Positions 20,787 through 29,733 of a DNA stretch of 64,000 nt are shown here, piece by piece; the stretch's first letter is position 1; every line of letters starts with the position of its first letter. A program made the translations under genes and the position numbers. The notes below the pieces were generated by a model. It saw only the letters and a program-made list of their open reading frames with translations. It did no database searches and was not told the origin of the DNA. Source of the DNA: Candidatus Marinacidobacterales bacterium (GTDB lineage Bacteria; Acidobacteriota; Vicinamibacteria; Marinacidobacterales; SMYC01); contig CBDCYI010000009.1 of NCBI GenBank assembly GCA_965224085.1, forward strand, positions 736,001 to 800,000, written 5' to 3'.

Positions 20787-20798
20787 CCTACTTAGGTC

Positions 20799-21015
20799 CA
20801 GCTGAGGACGAACAACCCGCGGAAGATCGAGCAGCTGACGCAGTTCGGCATTCGCGTGAAGCCGTCTTCCGCACATCATCCCGCCGAGCGTCCACAACCG
20901 TTTCTACCTGGAAACGAAGCGTGACCGTTCGGGCCATTACATCGATTTCGCCGGCAAGCCCCACCTCATGGAACAGAGCGATCCGGTCGTGGTCGATGGG
21001 ATTCCCGAACCCTAA
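20799..21015 (+). pseudogene. ribA: GTP cyclohydrolase II C-terminal remnant with frameshift
   Basis: LRTNNPRKIEQLTQFGIRV / RLPHIIPPSVHNRFYLETKRDRSGH. Not in the ORF track. Confidence 0.7.
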
Positions 21016-21034
21016 GCCTAAGTGTGACGGGCTG

Positions 21035-22699
21035 CTATTGCAGCCCCTGGATCTTCCCGTCCCGGAAATCGATATCTTCGGCGCGTGGCTTTCGAGGAAG
21101 GCCGGGCATGCGCAGGATGTTTCCGGTCAGCACGACGAGAAATCCGGCGCCCGCGTTGATTTGGATTCCGCGCACCGTGGCCTCGAAATCCGGCCGTCCC
21201 AGAAGCTTCGGATCGTCCGAGAGCGAGTTCTGCGTCTTGGCGATACAGATAGGAAGCTCCGAAAAGCCGAGTTTCTCGGCCTCCGCGATGCTCCGCTCCG
21301 CCACCTTGGTGAAGACGACGTCGCTGGCGCCATAGGCGCTCCGTGCCACCTTCCGGATCTTCACGTGAATGGGATCCGATAGCTCATATAAGGGCTTGAA
21401 GGGTTCGCTGGCGCTTGACGTCGTCTCCATGACGGCCTTGGCGAGCTCGACGGCGCCGTCGCCGCCGCGCGCGTGATGGTCGGAGACCGCAAAAGCGGCC
21501 CCGAGCTCTTCGCAGCGCCGCCGCACGACCTCGATTTCTTCATCCGTGTCGGTGCCGAATTTGTTGAGCACCACGACGGCGGGCTTTTTGAACGTGTGCG
21601 CGGTCTCGAGATGCTTTTCGAGGTTGGGAAGGCCTTTCGCCACGGCATCCGCGTCGGGCTCAGTGAGCTCGGTCTTGTCGCGTCCTCCATGCATCTTGAG
21701 CGCGCGTACCGTGGCCACGAGAACAACGGCGGCCGCATCGAGGCCGGCCGAGCGGCACTTGATGTCGAAGAATTTCTCTGTGCCGAGGTCGAAGCCGAAG
21801 CCTGCCTCCGTCACCGCCCAATCCGCGACGTGGAGCGCCGTGCGCGTCGCAATGACGCTATTGCATCCATGTGCAATGTTCGCGAACGGCCCGCCGTGGA
21901 TGAGCGCCGGGACCCCTTCGAGTGTCTGCACGAGGTTCGGGCTCAAGGCATCGCTCATGAGCGCCATCATGGCGCCCGAGACCCCCAAATTCTCCGCGAC
22001 TACCGGCTCCTTGTCGCGAGTGAAGCCGACGACGATCCGGTCGAGACGCTTCCGCAGATCATCGGGGTCCTTCGCTAAACAAAGGATGGCCATGACTTCG
22101 GACGCAGCCGTGATGTCGAAGCCTGTTTCGCGCGGCATGCTGTGGAGCGGTCCGCCGAGGCCGGCGACGACATTTCGGAGCGAGCGGTCGTTCATGTCGA
22201 TGACGCGCTTCCATACGACGCGCCGCGGATCGATGCCGAGCTCGTTCCCGAAATGAAGATGGTTGTCGAGCGCGGCGGACAGCAGATTGTGCGCCGTGGT
22301 GACGGCGTGAAAGTCTCCGGTGAAGTGCAAGTTGATGCGCTCCATCGGGAACACCTGGCTGTAGCCGCCGCCCGTCGCGCCGCCCTTGATGCCCATGCAC
22401 GGACCTAGAGATGGCTCGCGAAGAGCGAGACAGACGGACTCACCGAGCTTCGCAAGACCTTGAGCGAGCCCGATGCTCGTCGTCGTCTTGCCTTCGCCCG
22501 CCGGCGTGGGCGTGATCGCGGAGACGAGGATGAGCTTCGACTCGCCGTTCTTCGCGGGGCGGTCGAGCACCGAAGAGTCGACTTTCGCAATGTGCTGTCC
22601 GTAGGGCTGCCACTCGGAAGCGTCGAGCCCTAGCCCTTCGGCGATCTCGGAGATGGGCCTCGGAGAGATGGAACGTGAGATTTCGATATCTGTTTTCAT
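21035..22699 (-). CDS. fhs: Formate-tetrahydrofolate ligase
   Basis: TPTPAGEGKTTT, GIKGGATGGGYSQ, HGGPFANIAHG, TEAGFG, MPGLP. Confidence 0.97.
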   Translation of the reverse strand: MKTDIEISRSISPRPISEIAEGLGLDASEWQPYGQHIAKVDSSVLDRPAKNGESKLILVSAITPTPAGEGKTTTSIGLAQGLAKLGESVCLALREPSLGPCMGIKGGATGGGYSQVFPMERINLHFTGDFHAVTTAHNLLSAALDNHLHFGNELGIDPRRVVWKRVIDMNDRSLRNVVAGLGGPLHSMPRETGFDITAASEVMAILCLAKDPDDLRKRLDRIVVGFTRDKEPVVAENLGVSGAMMALMSDALSPNLVQTLEGVPALIHGGPFANIAHGCNSVIATRTALHVADWAVTEAGFGFDLGTEKFFDIKCRSAGLDAAAVVLVATVRALKMHGGRDKTELTEPDADAVAKGLPNLEKHLETAHTFKKPAVVVLNKFGTDTDEEIEVVRRRCEELGAAFAVSDHHARGGDGAVELAKAVMETTSSASEPFKPLYELSDPIHVKIRKVARSAYGASDVVFTKVAERSIAEAEKLGFSELPICIAKTQNSLSDDPKLLGRPDFEATVRGIQINAGAGFLVVLTGNILRMPGLPRKPRAEDIDFRDGKIQGLQ

Positions 22700-22711
22700 T
22701 CGACTACACCT

Positions 22712-23596
22712 TCAATCCACGGATTCGGTTGTGTTCATGAGAGCGTGTACGTGATCTCGATAAAACTTCATGATTTCTTGGGTCACGGGCCCGGGCTTGC
22801 CATCGCCGATGGTTGTGTCGTCGACGCGAACGATCGGAACGACCTGGCGCGCCGAAGCGGTGATGAACACTTCTTCGGCACCGAGAAGATCCTCGGGCGT
22901 GCACGTCTTCTCTTCGAGCTCGATGCCGTTTCCTTGCGCGATCAAGATCACGTGCTCGCGCGTTATGCCTTCGAGAAGCCCGGAGGAGAGCGGTGGCGTC
23001 GTGACGGTGCCGCCCCGCACGACGAATAAGTTCGACATGGATCCTTCGCAGACCTCGCCGCGCGCGTTGAGCAGAAGGGCTTCGTAAGCGCCTTTCTCGT
23101 GCGCCTGCCGTAGCGCCATGATGTTGTTCAACAGGTTCGAGGACTTGATTCTCGGACTCAAGTTGCCCGTGGCCGCCCGCATGACGGTCGCGAACGCCGC
23201 TTTAGCGCCCTTCCGGTAGAGGCTTTCCGGATAGTCAGGCAACGGGCGCACGATGATGACCACGGTCGGCTTGCGGGCGGAACCCGTGCGGTAGTCGATG
23301 GCGCCGATGCCGGCGGAGATGACGACCCGGATGGACGACTCGGCGTTGCCGGCCTCCTCGAGCGTTCTGTACACGCGCTGTGTGAGCGTCTTCGTGCTGA
23401 CGTCGATATCGATGCTGAGCGCTTCAGCTGATTCGCGGAGACGTCCGAGGTGGCGTTCTAGAACGAAAGGCACGCCGTCATAGGTGCGGATGGTCTCGTA
23501 GACGCTCGCCCCGAAGAGAAAGCCTTGGTCCAACGGCGACAGGAGGCGATCCTCCTCCGTGCCCATCTGTCCGTCCACGTTGATGCGTATCGACAT
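22712..23596 (-). CDS. Class IV PLP aminotransferase (IlvE/D-amino acid/PabC-like)
   Basis: LDQGFLFGASVYETIR, IKSSN, EGSMSNLF, LLEGITR. Confidence 0.9.
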   Translation of the reverse strand: MSIRINVDGQMGTEEDRLLSPLDQGFLFGASVYETIRTYDGVPFVLERHLGRLRESAEALSIDIDVSTKTLTQRVYRTLEEAGNAESSIRVVISAGIGAIDYRTGSARKPTVVIIVRPLPDYPESLYRKGAKAAFATVMRAATGNLSPRIKSSNLLNNIMALRQAHEKGAYEALLLNARGEVCEGSMSNLFVVRGGTVTTPPLSSGLLEGITREHVILIAQGNGIELEEKTCTPEDLLGAEEVFITASARQVVPIVRVDDTTIGDGKPGPVTQEIMKFYRDHVHALMNTTESVD

Positions 23597-23698
23597 GCTT
23601 TCCTGCGCGCAGGAGCGTTGTTGTTACCGTAGCTTGCCGGCCCATGAGCCACAAACCTGCTATTATCCCTCGGCGCCGGGGCGTGAGGAAAGCGGAAT

Positions 23699-23937
23699 CT
23701 AATCGCTGCGAAGGGCGGCGGTGGGCTCGAGCCGGGCGGCGCGCCGGACGGACAGAGCGCAGGCGACAAAGGCGACGGCCGTCAAGATCGCGGCGGCGGC
23801 GGTAAAAGTTGCGGTGTCGTTCGGGCTGACGCGAAAGAGCAGCCCTGCCGAGTAGCGGGTCAGCGCTAGCGCGCTGAGGATTCCGGTGGCGAGTCCAAAA
23901 GGGCCGGCCGCATCCCTTCCCCGATAAGCAGGCGATC
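23699..23937 (-). pseudogene. FtsX/MacB-type ABC permease, 3' fragment
   Basis: GLATGILSALALTR...LLFRVSPNDTATF...ACALSVRRAARLEPTAALRSD*. Confidence 0.75.
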
Positions 23938-24123
23938 ATTGGCTACGTCGCGGCAGGGGGCTTCGGGCCTGTTGTCGAAAAGTCGATAGCACTCGCCTAT
24001 CTCCCGAAAGATTTCTTGGAGCCTGGCACGAAGCTGTCGGTCGAGCTATTGGGACAAAAGCATGAGGCGACGGTCGTCGAGCAACCGCTGTACGACCCCG
24101 ACAACGTGAAGCTTCTAAGCTGA
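23938..24123 (+). pseudogene. GcvT-like (dimethylglycine/sarcosine dehydrogenase) C-terminal fragment
   Basis: IGYVAAGGFGPVVEKSIALAYLP...GTKLSVELLG...PLYDPDNVKLLS*. Confidence 0.75.
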
Positions 24124-24131
24124 AGGTGAAG

Positions 24132-25970
24132 TTATAGAGCCAGCTGCTCATGCACCGCGCGGTGCGCTTCCCGGAAAGCACCTTGCGTCCAAGGCGAGCC
24201 CGACGCGTCCGCGCCTGCGAAAGAGATACGTCCGATGCGCTTCTGGCCACGGAGGCGGTGAGGTGAGTCGACGTCTGGATGGGGAAACACGATGTAGCCG
24301 TGGCCCCAGCGGTTCACCGTGATGGCTTTGATGTCCTCGGCAGGATTGAAACCCCATGGGCCGAGCACGTGCTCGAGCTCGGTGCGGATCTCGCGTTCGA
24401 GCTCTTCGAACGACTTCGTTTCGAGCTCGTAGCGATTGAGCTTCAGCTGCTCCTCGATGGGCAGCCCAGGCTTTCGAAGGTACTTGAACATCGATAGCAC
24501 CGTGGGCTTGTCCGGGCGGTGCTCGGGTTGGTAGGCGCCGACGTGGAGCGGGTCGAGAACGTGCATCCACGTCTGGTAGCGGCCCGGCGTGTACATCTCG
24601 AACGCGCCAGCGTCCGCGATAGGTTTCCACTGATTGAGCAGCACATTGATGTAGAGAGCGGAGCAGTGGCCGTAGCCATCGAGCGCTTTTCTCTGATCCT
24701 CGGAGAGCTCGGGGACAATGTGCTTGGCGACGGTGCCCCACGCTCCCACGACGACATTCTTTGCGGTCACGGAGCATACTTCGCCCTTGGGGGTCGCGTA
24801 GTAAACGGCAACGCGGCTGCCTCCGTCGATATGCTCGATGCGCACGACGGTCGAGCGTAGACGCAAACGCACGTCAGAATCGGCGGTGTCCATACGGTTG
24901 TAGCGGATCTCACCGTTGAAGACGCCTTCCATCGAGTCTTCTCCCGAGATGGCATCCGGGAGGATTTTCTTTACGAGCTGACGCGCCACGCTTCGATTAC
25001 CGTCGGGAAACCGGTAGAGGGGCTCGTAGCTGTAGCGCAACATGCCATCATCGTCATAGGAGCCTTCGCCCCCGACACCAAAGAAACCGGGGCCGTCCGC
25101 GTAGCCATAGGTCGCCGGAAGCGCGTCGCACCCAAGCCCGCCGAGATCGGTGGCGTAGATGTCCGAGAAATGAACGGCCGTATCTCCGAGGCCCATCTTG
25201 TCCCGGATGTAGCTCTCCCAGGTCATCGAGGCCAAGGCTCTTTCCGGCTCATCTTCGTCGGCGAGGTAGTTCTTGCGCGTCGTGTAGAGCGTCAAGAGCT
25301 CCGCTCGGTTGGACTCGGAAAGCGGCGTTTTAGCTAGAAACTCCTCCCACGCAATCGTGTGAAAGCCCTGCGTTAATTGCTTTTTTCCGACTTCCGAGAA
25401 CACGTCGGGATCGAAGAAACAAGTAGACGCGAGCCCGAAGCGCTCACGATAGTCGGGATCTCGAAATCCGTAGACCCGTTCGGTGTCGATGCCTAGATCG
25501 GTCAGAATCTCCCTGGCCTCGGGCGGCGACTCCTCCGGAGCCTCGAGATCATAAGTGCCGCCATTGACGATGAGCGTCGTGTCGTTCCACTTGAACGTGT
25601 TGCGCCGCGCGTGGCCGCCGAAATCCTCGTTGTTCTCGAGAAGCAGAATGCGGGCTTTGCCGCATCGCTCTTTCTTATAGACGTGTGCGGCGGCGAGTCC
25701 GCCGAGCCCGGCGCCGACGACGATGAGGTCATAGGATTCACCCGTGTCGACCACATGGCTCGGCAGCTGGCGGTAGACGCCGTCGCGCACGCGGTGGCCA
25801 CGGGCAGTCGATGCCCCGTCCTGACCTTGAAACCCCGACGGTGGAACGGAAGGAGACTGGGCGCGAGCCCAGCTCGGAGCGACAAGTGCTATAGCCGTCC
25901 CTTGGAGAAAATCCCGGCGGCTAATGTTTCGGAACATGCCGAGGCGAACATCGCTACGATTTCTCTTCAC
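24132..25970 (-). CDS. Tat-exported FAD oxidoreductase, spermidine dehydrogenase-like
   Basis: SRRDFLQ Tat motif, VVGAGLGGLAAA, LENNEDFGGHARRN, FPDGN, ITVNRWGHGY. Confidence 0.8.
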   Translation of the reverse strand: MKRNRSDVRLGMFRNISRRDFLQGTAIALVAPSWARAQSPSVPPSGFQGQDGASTARGHRVRDGVYRQLPSHVVDTGESYDLIVVGAGLGGLAAAHVYKKERCGKARILLLENNEDFGGHARRNTFKWNDTTLIVNGGTYDLEAPEESPPEAREILTDLGIDTERVYGFRDPDYRERFGLASTCFFDPDVFSEVGKKQLTQGFHTIAWEEFLAKTPLSESNRAELLTLYTTRKNYLADEDEPERALASMTWESYIRDKMGLGDTAVHFSDIYATDLGGLGCDALPATYGYADGPGFFGVGGEGSYDDDGMLRYSYEPLYRFPDGNRSVARQLVKKILPDAISGEDSMEGVFNGEIRYNRMDTADSDVRLRLRSTVVRIEHIDGGSRVAVYYATPKGEVCSVTAKNVVVGAWGTVAKHIVPELSEDQRKALDGYGHCSALYINVLLNQWKPIADAGAFEMYTPGRYQTWMHVLDPLHVGAYQPEHRPDKPTVLSMFKYLRKPGLPIEEQLKLNRYELETKSFEELEREIRTELEHVLGPWGFNPAEDIKAITVNRWGHGYIVFPHPDVDSPHRLRGQKRIGRISFAGADASGSPWTQGAFREAHRAVHEQLAL

Positions 25971-26107
25971 CGAATCCCCCGTTGCGCGCGGATGGCTATG
26001 TTATCGCGAGAATCGATCACCACGCATCCCCGACGCTAAACAGAGCCTGGGATTGCAGCCAATAGAGCGCCCATGACATCCTGCACCGGTCTGAGGAGGA
26101 TTTGCGC

Positions 26108-27241
26108 ATGAAGCACCAAAGCCGGCACCCTTTTTCTTCGCGGCGGCTGACCTTAGTCGGCTGTTCGGTAGCCCTTTTCGTAAGCTCGGGCTGTAGTCCG
26201 CGTCCGGAAAATGACGATCGCGAGGCCGTCCTCTCGATGGATCCGGTGGACCTTCCCGAAGCCGACCCGGGGCTCCCGCTCGGACCGTACCGTCGAAACG
26301 ACGCGCTAGCGAAAGACGTCTCCGTGGAGCGCGCGGCCCGGTTTCTGGATACGGTGGCGACGAATTGGGGCGAGAAGCGCGGCTGCGTGACGTGCCACAC
26401 GAACGGCTACTACTTGACGGCTCCTCACGACGTGTTTGGTGCCCGGCCCGCCTTCCAGAAAGTGCGGGCGTTCGCACAGGGGTTCGTCGAGTCGTGGGAT
26501 CCGGAGCAACTACCTGATACCCAGGTGTTCGTGGCCACCGCCGCTTTCCTTGCCATTAACGATGCCGAGGCGGGGCGTGAGCTGGGGGCGGCGACGCTGA
26601 AGGCGCTCGATCACGCCTGGGACCAACAGAGCGAGCAAGGGCATTGGGCCAAATGGATCAAGTGCAACTGGCCTCCTTTCGAAAGCGACGACCATTTCGG
26701 CGTGACCTTGATGGCCATTGCCGTCGGCATGGCCGAAGACAACTATCAGCAAACGGATCGCGCCCAAGCCGGCATGGCTAGAATTCGAAGCTACCTGGCG
26801 AGCCATCCGCCGACTCACCTTCATCACAAGGCGATGTTGTTGTGGGCTGCGAAGTACAACGACGGCTTGGTGGAAGATGGCGATCAAACGCGATGGATCG
26901 AGGAGCTCTTCGATCGGCAGCGGCTGGACGGAGGTTTTGCCTCGGGTGAGCTCGGAACCTGGCGTCAGCGCGACGGGGAGCCCTCCAATCCCCCGGTGAA
27001 CGTGGAAAGCGACGGATACGGCACGGGCTTCGTGGTCTTTGTGCTGAGCGAGGCTGGAGTTCCTGCCTCCGATCCGCGGGTTCAAAAGGCCGTCGCCTGG
27101 CTCCTCTCCCATCAGCGAGCCAATGGCCACTGGTGGACCCAATCTCTCCGAAACGAGCCGGACACGTCGAACTACTTGACCCACGCTGGAACGACCTTTG
27201 CCCTGAAAGCGTTGGCCGCCACTGGGCTGCCCGAATCCTAA
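26108..27241 (+). CDS. Prenyltransferase/squalene-hopene cyclase-like alpha-alpha barrel lipoprotein
   Basis: QW-type repeats (RQRLDGGF, WLLSHQRANGHW), SDGYGTGF, lipobox SSGC. Confidence 0.7.
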   Translation: MKHQSRHPFSSRRLTLVGCSVALFVSSGCSPRPENDDREAVLSMDPVDLPEADPGLPLGPYRRNDALAKDVSVERAARFLDTVATNWGEKRGCVTCHTNGYYLTAPHDVFGARPAFQKVRAFAQGFVESWDPEQLPDTQVFVATAAFLAINDAEAGRELGAATLKALDHAWDQQSEQGHWAKWIKCNWPPFESDDHFGVTLMAIAVGMAEDNYQQTDRAQAGMARIRSYLASHPPTHLHHKAMLLWAAKYNDGLVEDGDQTRWIEELFDRQRLDGGFASGELGTWRQRDGEPSNPPVNVESDGYGTGFVVFVLSEAGVPASDPRVQKAVAWLLSHQRANGHWWTQSLRNEPDTSNYLTHAGTTFALKALAATGLPES

Positions 27242-27272
27242 TCCCAGTCATCGTTCCATAAGCGCGCCCTCC

Positions 27273-29723
27273 ATGCGGGATACGGCCTTGGCAGTGCTCG
27301 CGGCAGTCGCCGCCTCCTGCGCTCCGCCGCCCGCGGAGATCGTTCCTCCCGCCGGTGGCCGGCACGTTCAGTTAATTCATCTCGACGGCTACCGGCCGGA
27401 TCTCGTGCAGGCGCTTCTCGTTGCCGGGCGGCTTCCCCGTTTGGCCGACCTCGTCGCGCGGGGTCGGATCTCTTATGACGCGACGACCGTCGACAAGTCC
27501 GAGACGATGAAGGTGATCCAGTCCTACTTGACCTCGCAGCTCGACACGACGGTGGTGGGGTGGTGGCAGTTCGAACGAGACCGGTTTCGGTTTTCGAACT
27601 ACTGGCTCGACCCCGCGGAAGTTCTCGGTTACGCGCTCGGCTTCGAGTTCCCGCGAAGCCCGACGATTCAGGACTTTCTCGCGGCGCGGGGCGAAAACCT
27701 CGTCGCCGGGATGAGCCTCGCGCGTCGCGGCGTGCCGTTCGAAAACTATGGCCGCGCTTATGTCGAAGGCGCTTCGGCGGTCGTGAACCATACGTATCAC
27801 GATCAGGCGCGCGCGACGATGGATAGTTTTCTCGACATCCACCGACGGATAGCGGAAAACGGCGAGCGCCCCCCTGCGTTGTCCACGCTGCTGCTCGCGG
27901 CGGCGGATGAATTCTCCCATCTGGAAGGCGTGAGCGTCGCCGAGCTCGATCCCGAGCACTGCTTTGTCCGAGAGAGCGATATCGATGACACCGTGTTCGC
28001 TTTGCTCGACGAGGACGACAGCCTCGACGATCGCTACTTCGTGCGTGTGCGCCGCGCGGCCATCACGAGGCGCGTTGCGGAAATCTGCATCGAGCTTCCT
28101 GAGATCGAAGACCGCCACGCCGAGCCGCACTACGTTTTGTCGATGCTCGTGATCGATATCGAGTTCGGCCGCCTCATCGATTATTTCGAGAACATTCGCT
28201 TTGCCGATGGCGAGTCGCTCTTCTCGCGGACGCTCTTCATCGTTTTCGGCGATCACGGTATGGTCGACACGGCAAATCGGATGACCGACGAAGTCAGCGA
28301 AAGCTTCATTGCCTACTTGAACGGGCGCCTCGACCTCGAAACAGGCGAGGACCAAACGTCGCTCGCCGACGATGCGGAGCTTGGCATCGACTACGTGAGC
28401 CTTCCGCCACGGCTGATGCGTCCCGACATCTATGAGGATTGGCAGAGCGAGGACATGCGCGCGCTGACGGCCGAAGCCGATCGGTGGTCTAGGGAGTTTC
28501 TCGGAGAAATCGAGGCCGTCATCCGAAGCGATTTACACGAGAGCTATTGGTGGCTCTTTTTCCTGCGCTCGCTTCTCATCGATCCCAAGCTCGACGAAGC
28601 GCTCGAGCCCATCGCCGATGAGGCGCTCGCGACGCTCAGGAGCTTGTATCTGCGCGGACGTCCCGACTATCTTGAGGGCGAGCAAGAGGCGAACCGCGCG
28701 CTTTTCGACCGCCATGTGCGCCTCGTCTATGGCGGCGGGGCGCGGAACAATGCCGAGCTCTTCATTCCGGTCTGCGAAAGTCCCGGCGTGTGCTCTTGGG
28801 AGCGCCGGCCGAGCTATGACGAGATCCTTGGCTACCGCGAAGGCGCTTTCTTACAGGCGCTCGTCGAGAGCCCGGGCGTTGGGCTCATCTTTATTAGAAG
28901 GAACAACCAAGCCTTTGCCGACGGGTCACCGCTTCCCCCAAAACTCGAGATCGAAGTGCGCGATCGCGAGGGGAATCGCGGCGTGCTGCTTGTTGCTCGC
29001 GACGGCTCGTCGAGCGAGCTCATCTACCACTACCGCACCGACCCCGCCTCGGCGAACGATCCTCTCGGCTATGAGGCATGGGGCGCCGGCGAGGGTACCT
29101 TCGGCACCTATAACGAGTGGAACGATCGCACGATCGATGCTACTTACGTGAACGTCGTGGGCGGCATGGGAGCCTACCTCTATTCGAGCAACCCCGCGAT
29201 TGGGGACGTGGTTGTGCTTCACGCTACCGATTGGAACTTCGGCGAGAATCTCGGCGGGCATGGCGGGGTGCACCGCGGCGAGAAGAAGACGTTCATGCTC
29301 GTCTCCGGGCCGGGGCTCGGCGCGGGTGAGCTGCGCGCGAAAGCGCGCCACCGTTCGACCGCGAACGGCGGGCTGGAGCCTGCGGTCTCTGAGACGCACG
29401 TGCCGACGCTCCTCGACATCGTGCCCACGGCATTGGCGTGGCTCGGCTACGCGCCGTCTGAGCTCGACCGGTTCGCCGAGAGCGGATTCGAAGAACATCT
29501 CGACACTTGGATTCGGGCACAGCGAGGCGATATCCTCAGACACCTCGACGGGATGAGCTCTCTAGAAAAAGCGAGAGAAGAGGTCGGCGTGCCCGAGTTA
29601 ACCCTCGAGCCGTTGCGGCCGCGGCTTGCGCGTCTTCTCGAGTTCATCGAATCCAACCGCGAGGACACACTCCGTCGTTTGTCCCTGCGCTCGCATTTAG
29701 GCAACGAGTTGATTCTGGAATGA
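27273..29723 (+). CDS. Alkaline phosphatase superfamily (phosphodiesterase-like) lipoprotein
   Basis: HLDGYRPD, DEFSH, FGDHGM, GGHGG, PTLLDIVPT, lipobox AASC. Confidence 0.7.
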   Translation: MRDTALAVLAAVAASCAPPPAEIVPPAGGRHVQLIHLDGYRPDLVQALLVAGRLPRLADLVARGRISYDATTVDKSETMKVIQSYLTSQLDTTVVGWWQFERDRFRFSNYWLDPAEVLGYALGFEFPRSPTIQDFLAARGENLVAGMSLARRGVPFENYGRAYVEGASAVVNHTYHDQARATMDSFLDIHRRIAENGERPPALSTLLLAAADEFSHLEGVSVAELDPEHCFVRESDIDDTVFALLDEDDSLDDRYFVRVRRAAITRRVAEICIELPEIEDRHAEPHYVLSMLVIDIEFGRLIDYFENIRFADGESLFSRTLFIVFGDHGMVDTANRMTDEVSESFIAYLNGRLDLETGEDQTSLADDAELGIDYVSLPPRLMRPDIYEDWQSEDMRALTAEADRWSREFLGEIEAVIRSDLHESYWWLFFLRSLLIDPKLDEALEPIADEALATLRSLYLRGRPDYLEGEQEANRALFDRHVRLVYGGGARNNAELFIPVCESPGVCSWERRPSYDEILGYREGAFLQALVESPGVGLIFIRRNNQAFADGSPLPPKLEIEVRDREGNRGVLLVARDGSSSELIYHYRTDPASANDPLGYEAWGAGEGTFGTYNEWNDRTIDATYVNVVGGMGAYLYSSNPAIGDVVVLHATDWNFGENLGGHGGVHRGEKKTFMLVSGPGLGAGELRAKARHRSTANGGLEPAVSETHVPTLLDIVPTALAWLGYAPSELDRFAESGFEEHLDTWIRAQRGDILRHLDGMSSLEKAREEVGVPELTLEPLRPRLARLLEFIESNREDTLRRLSLRSHLGNELILE

Positions 29724-29733
29724 GGAGTCCACG

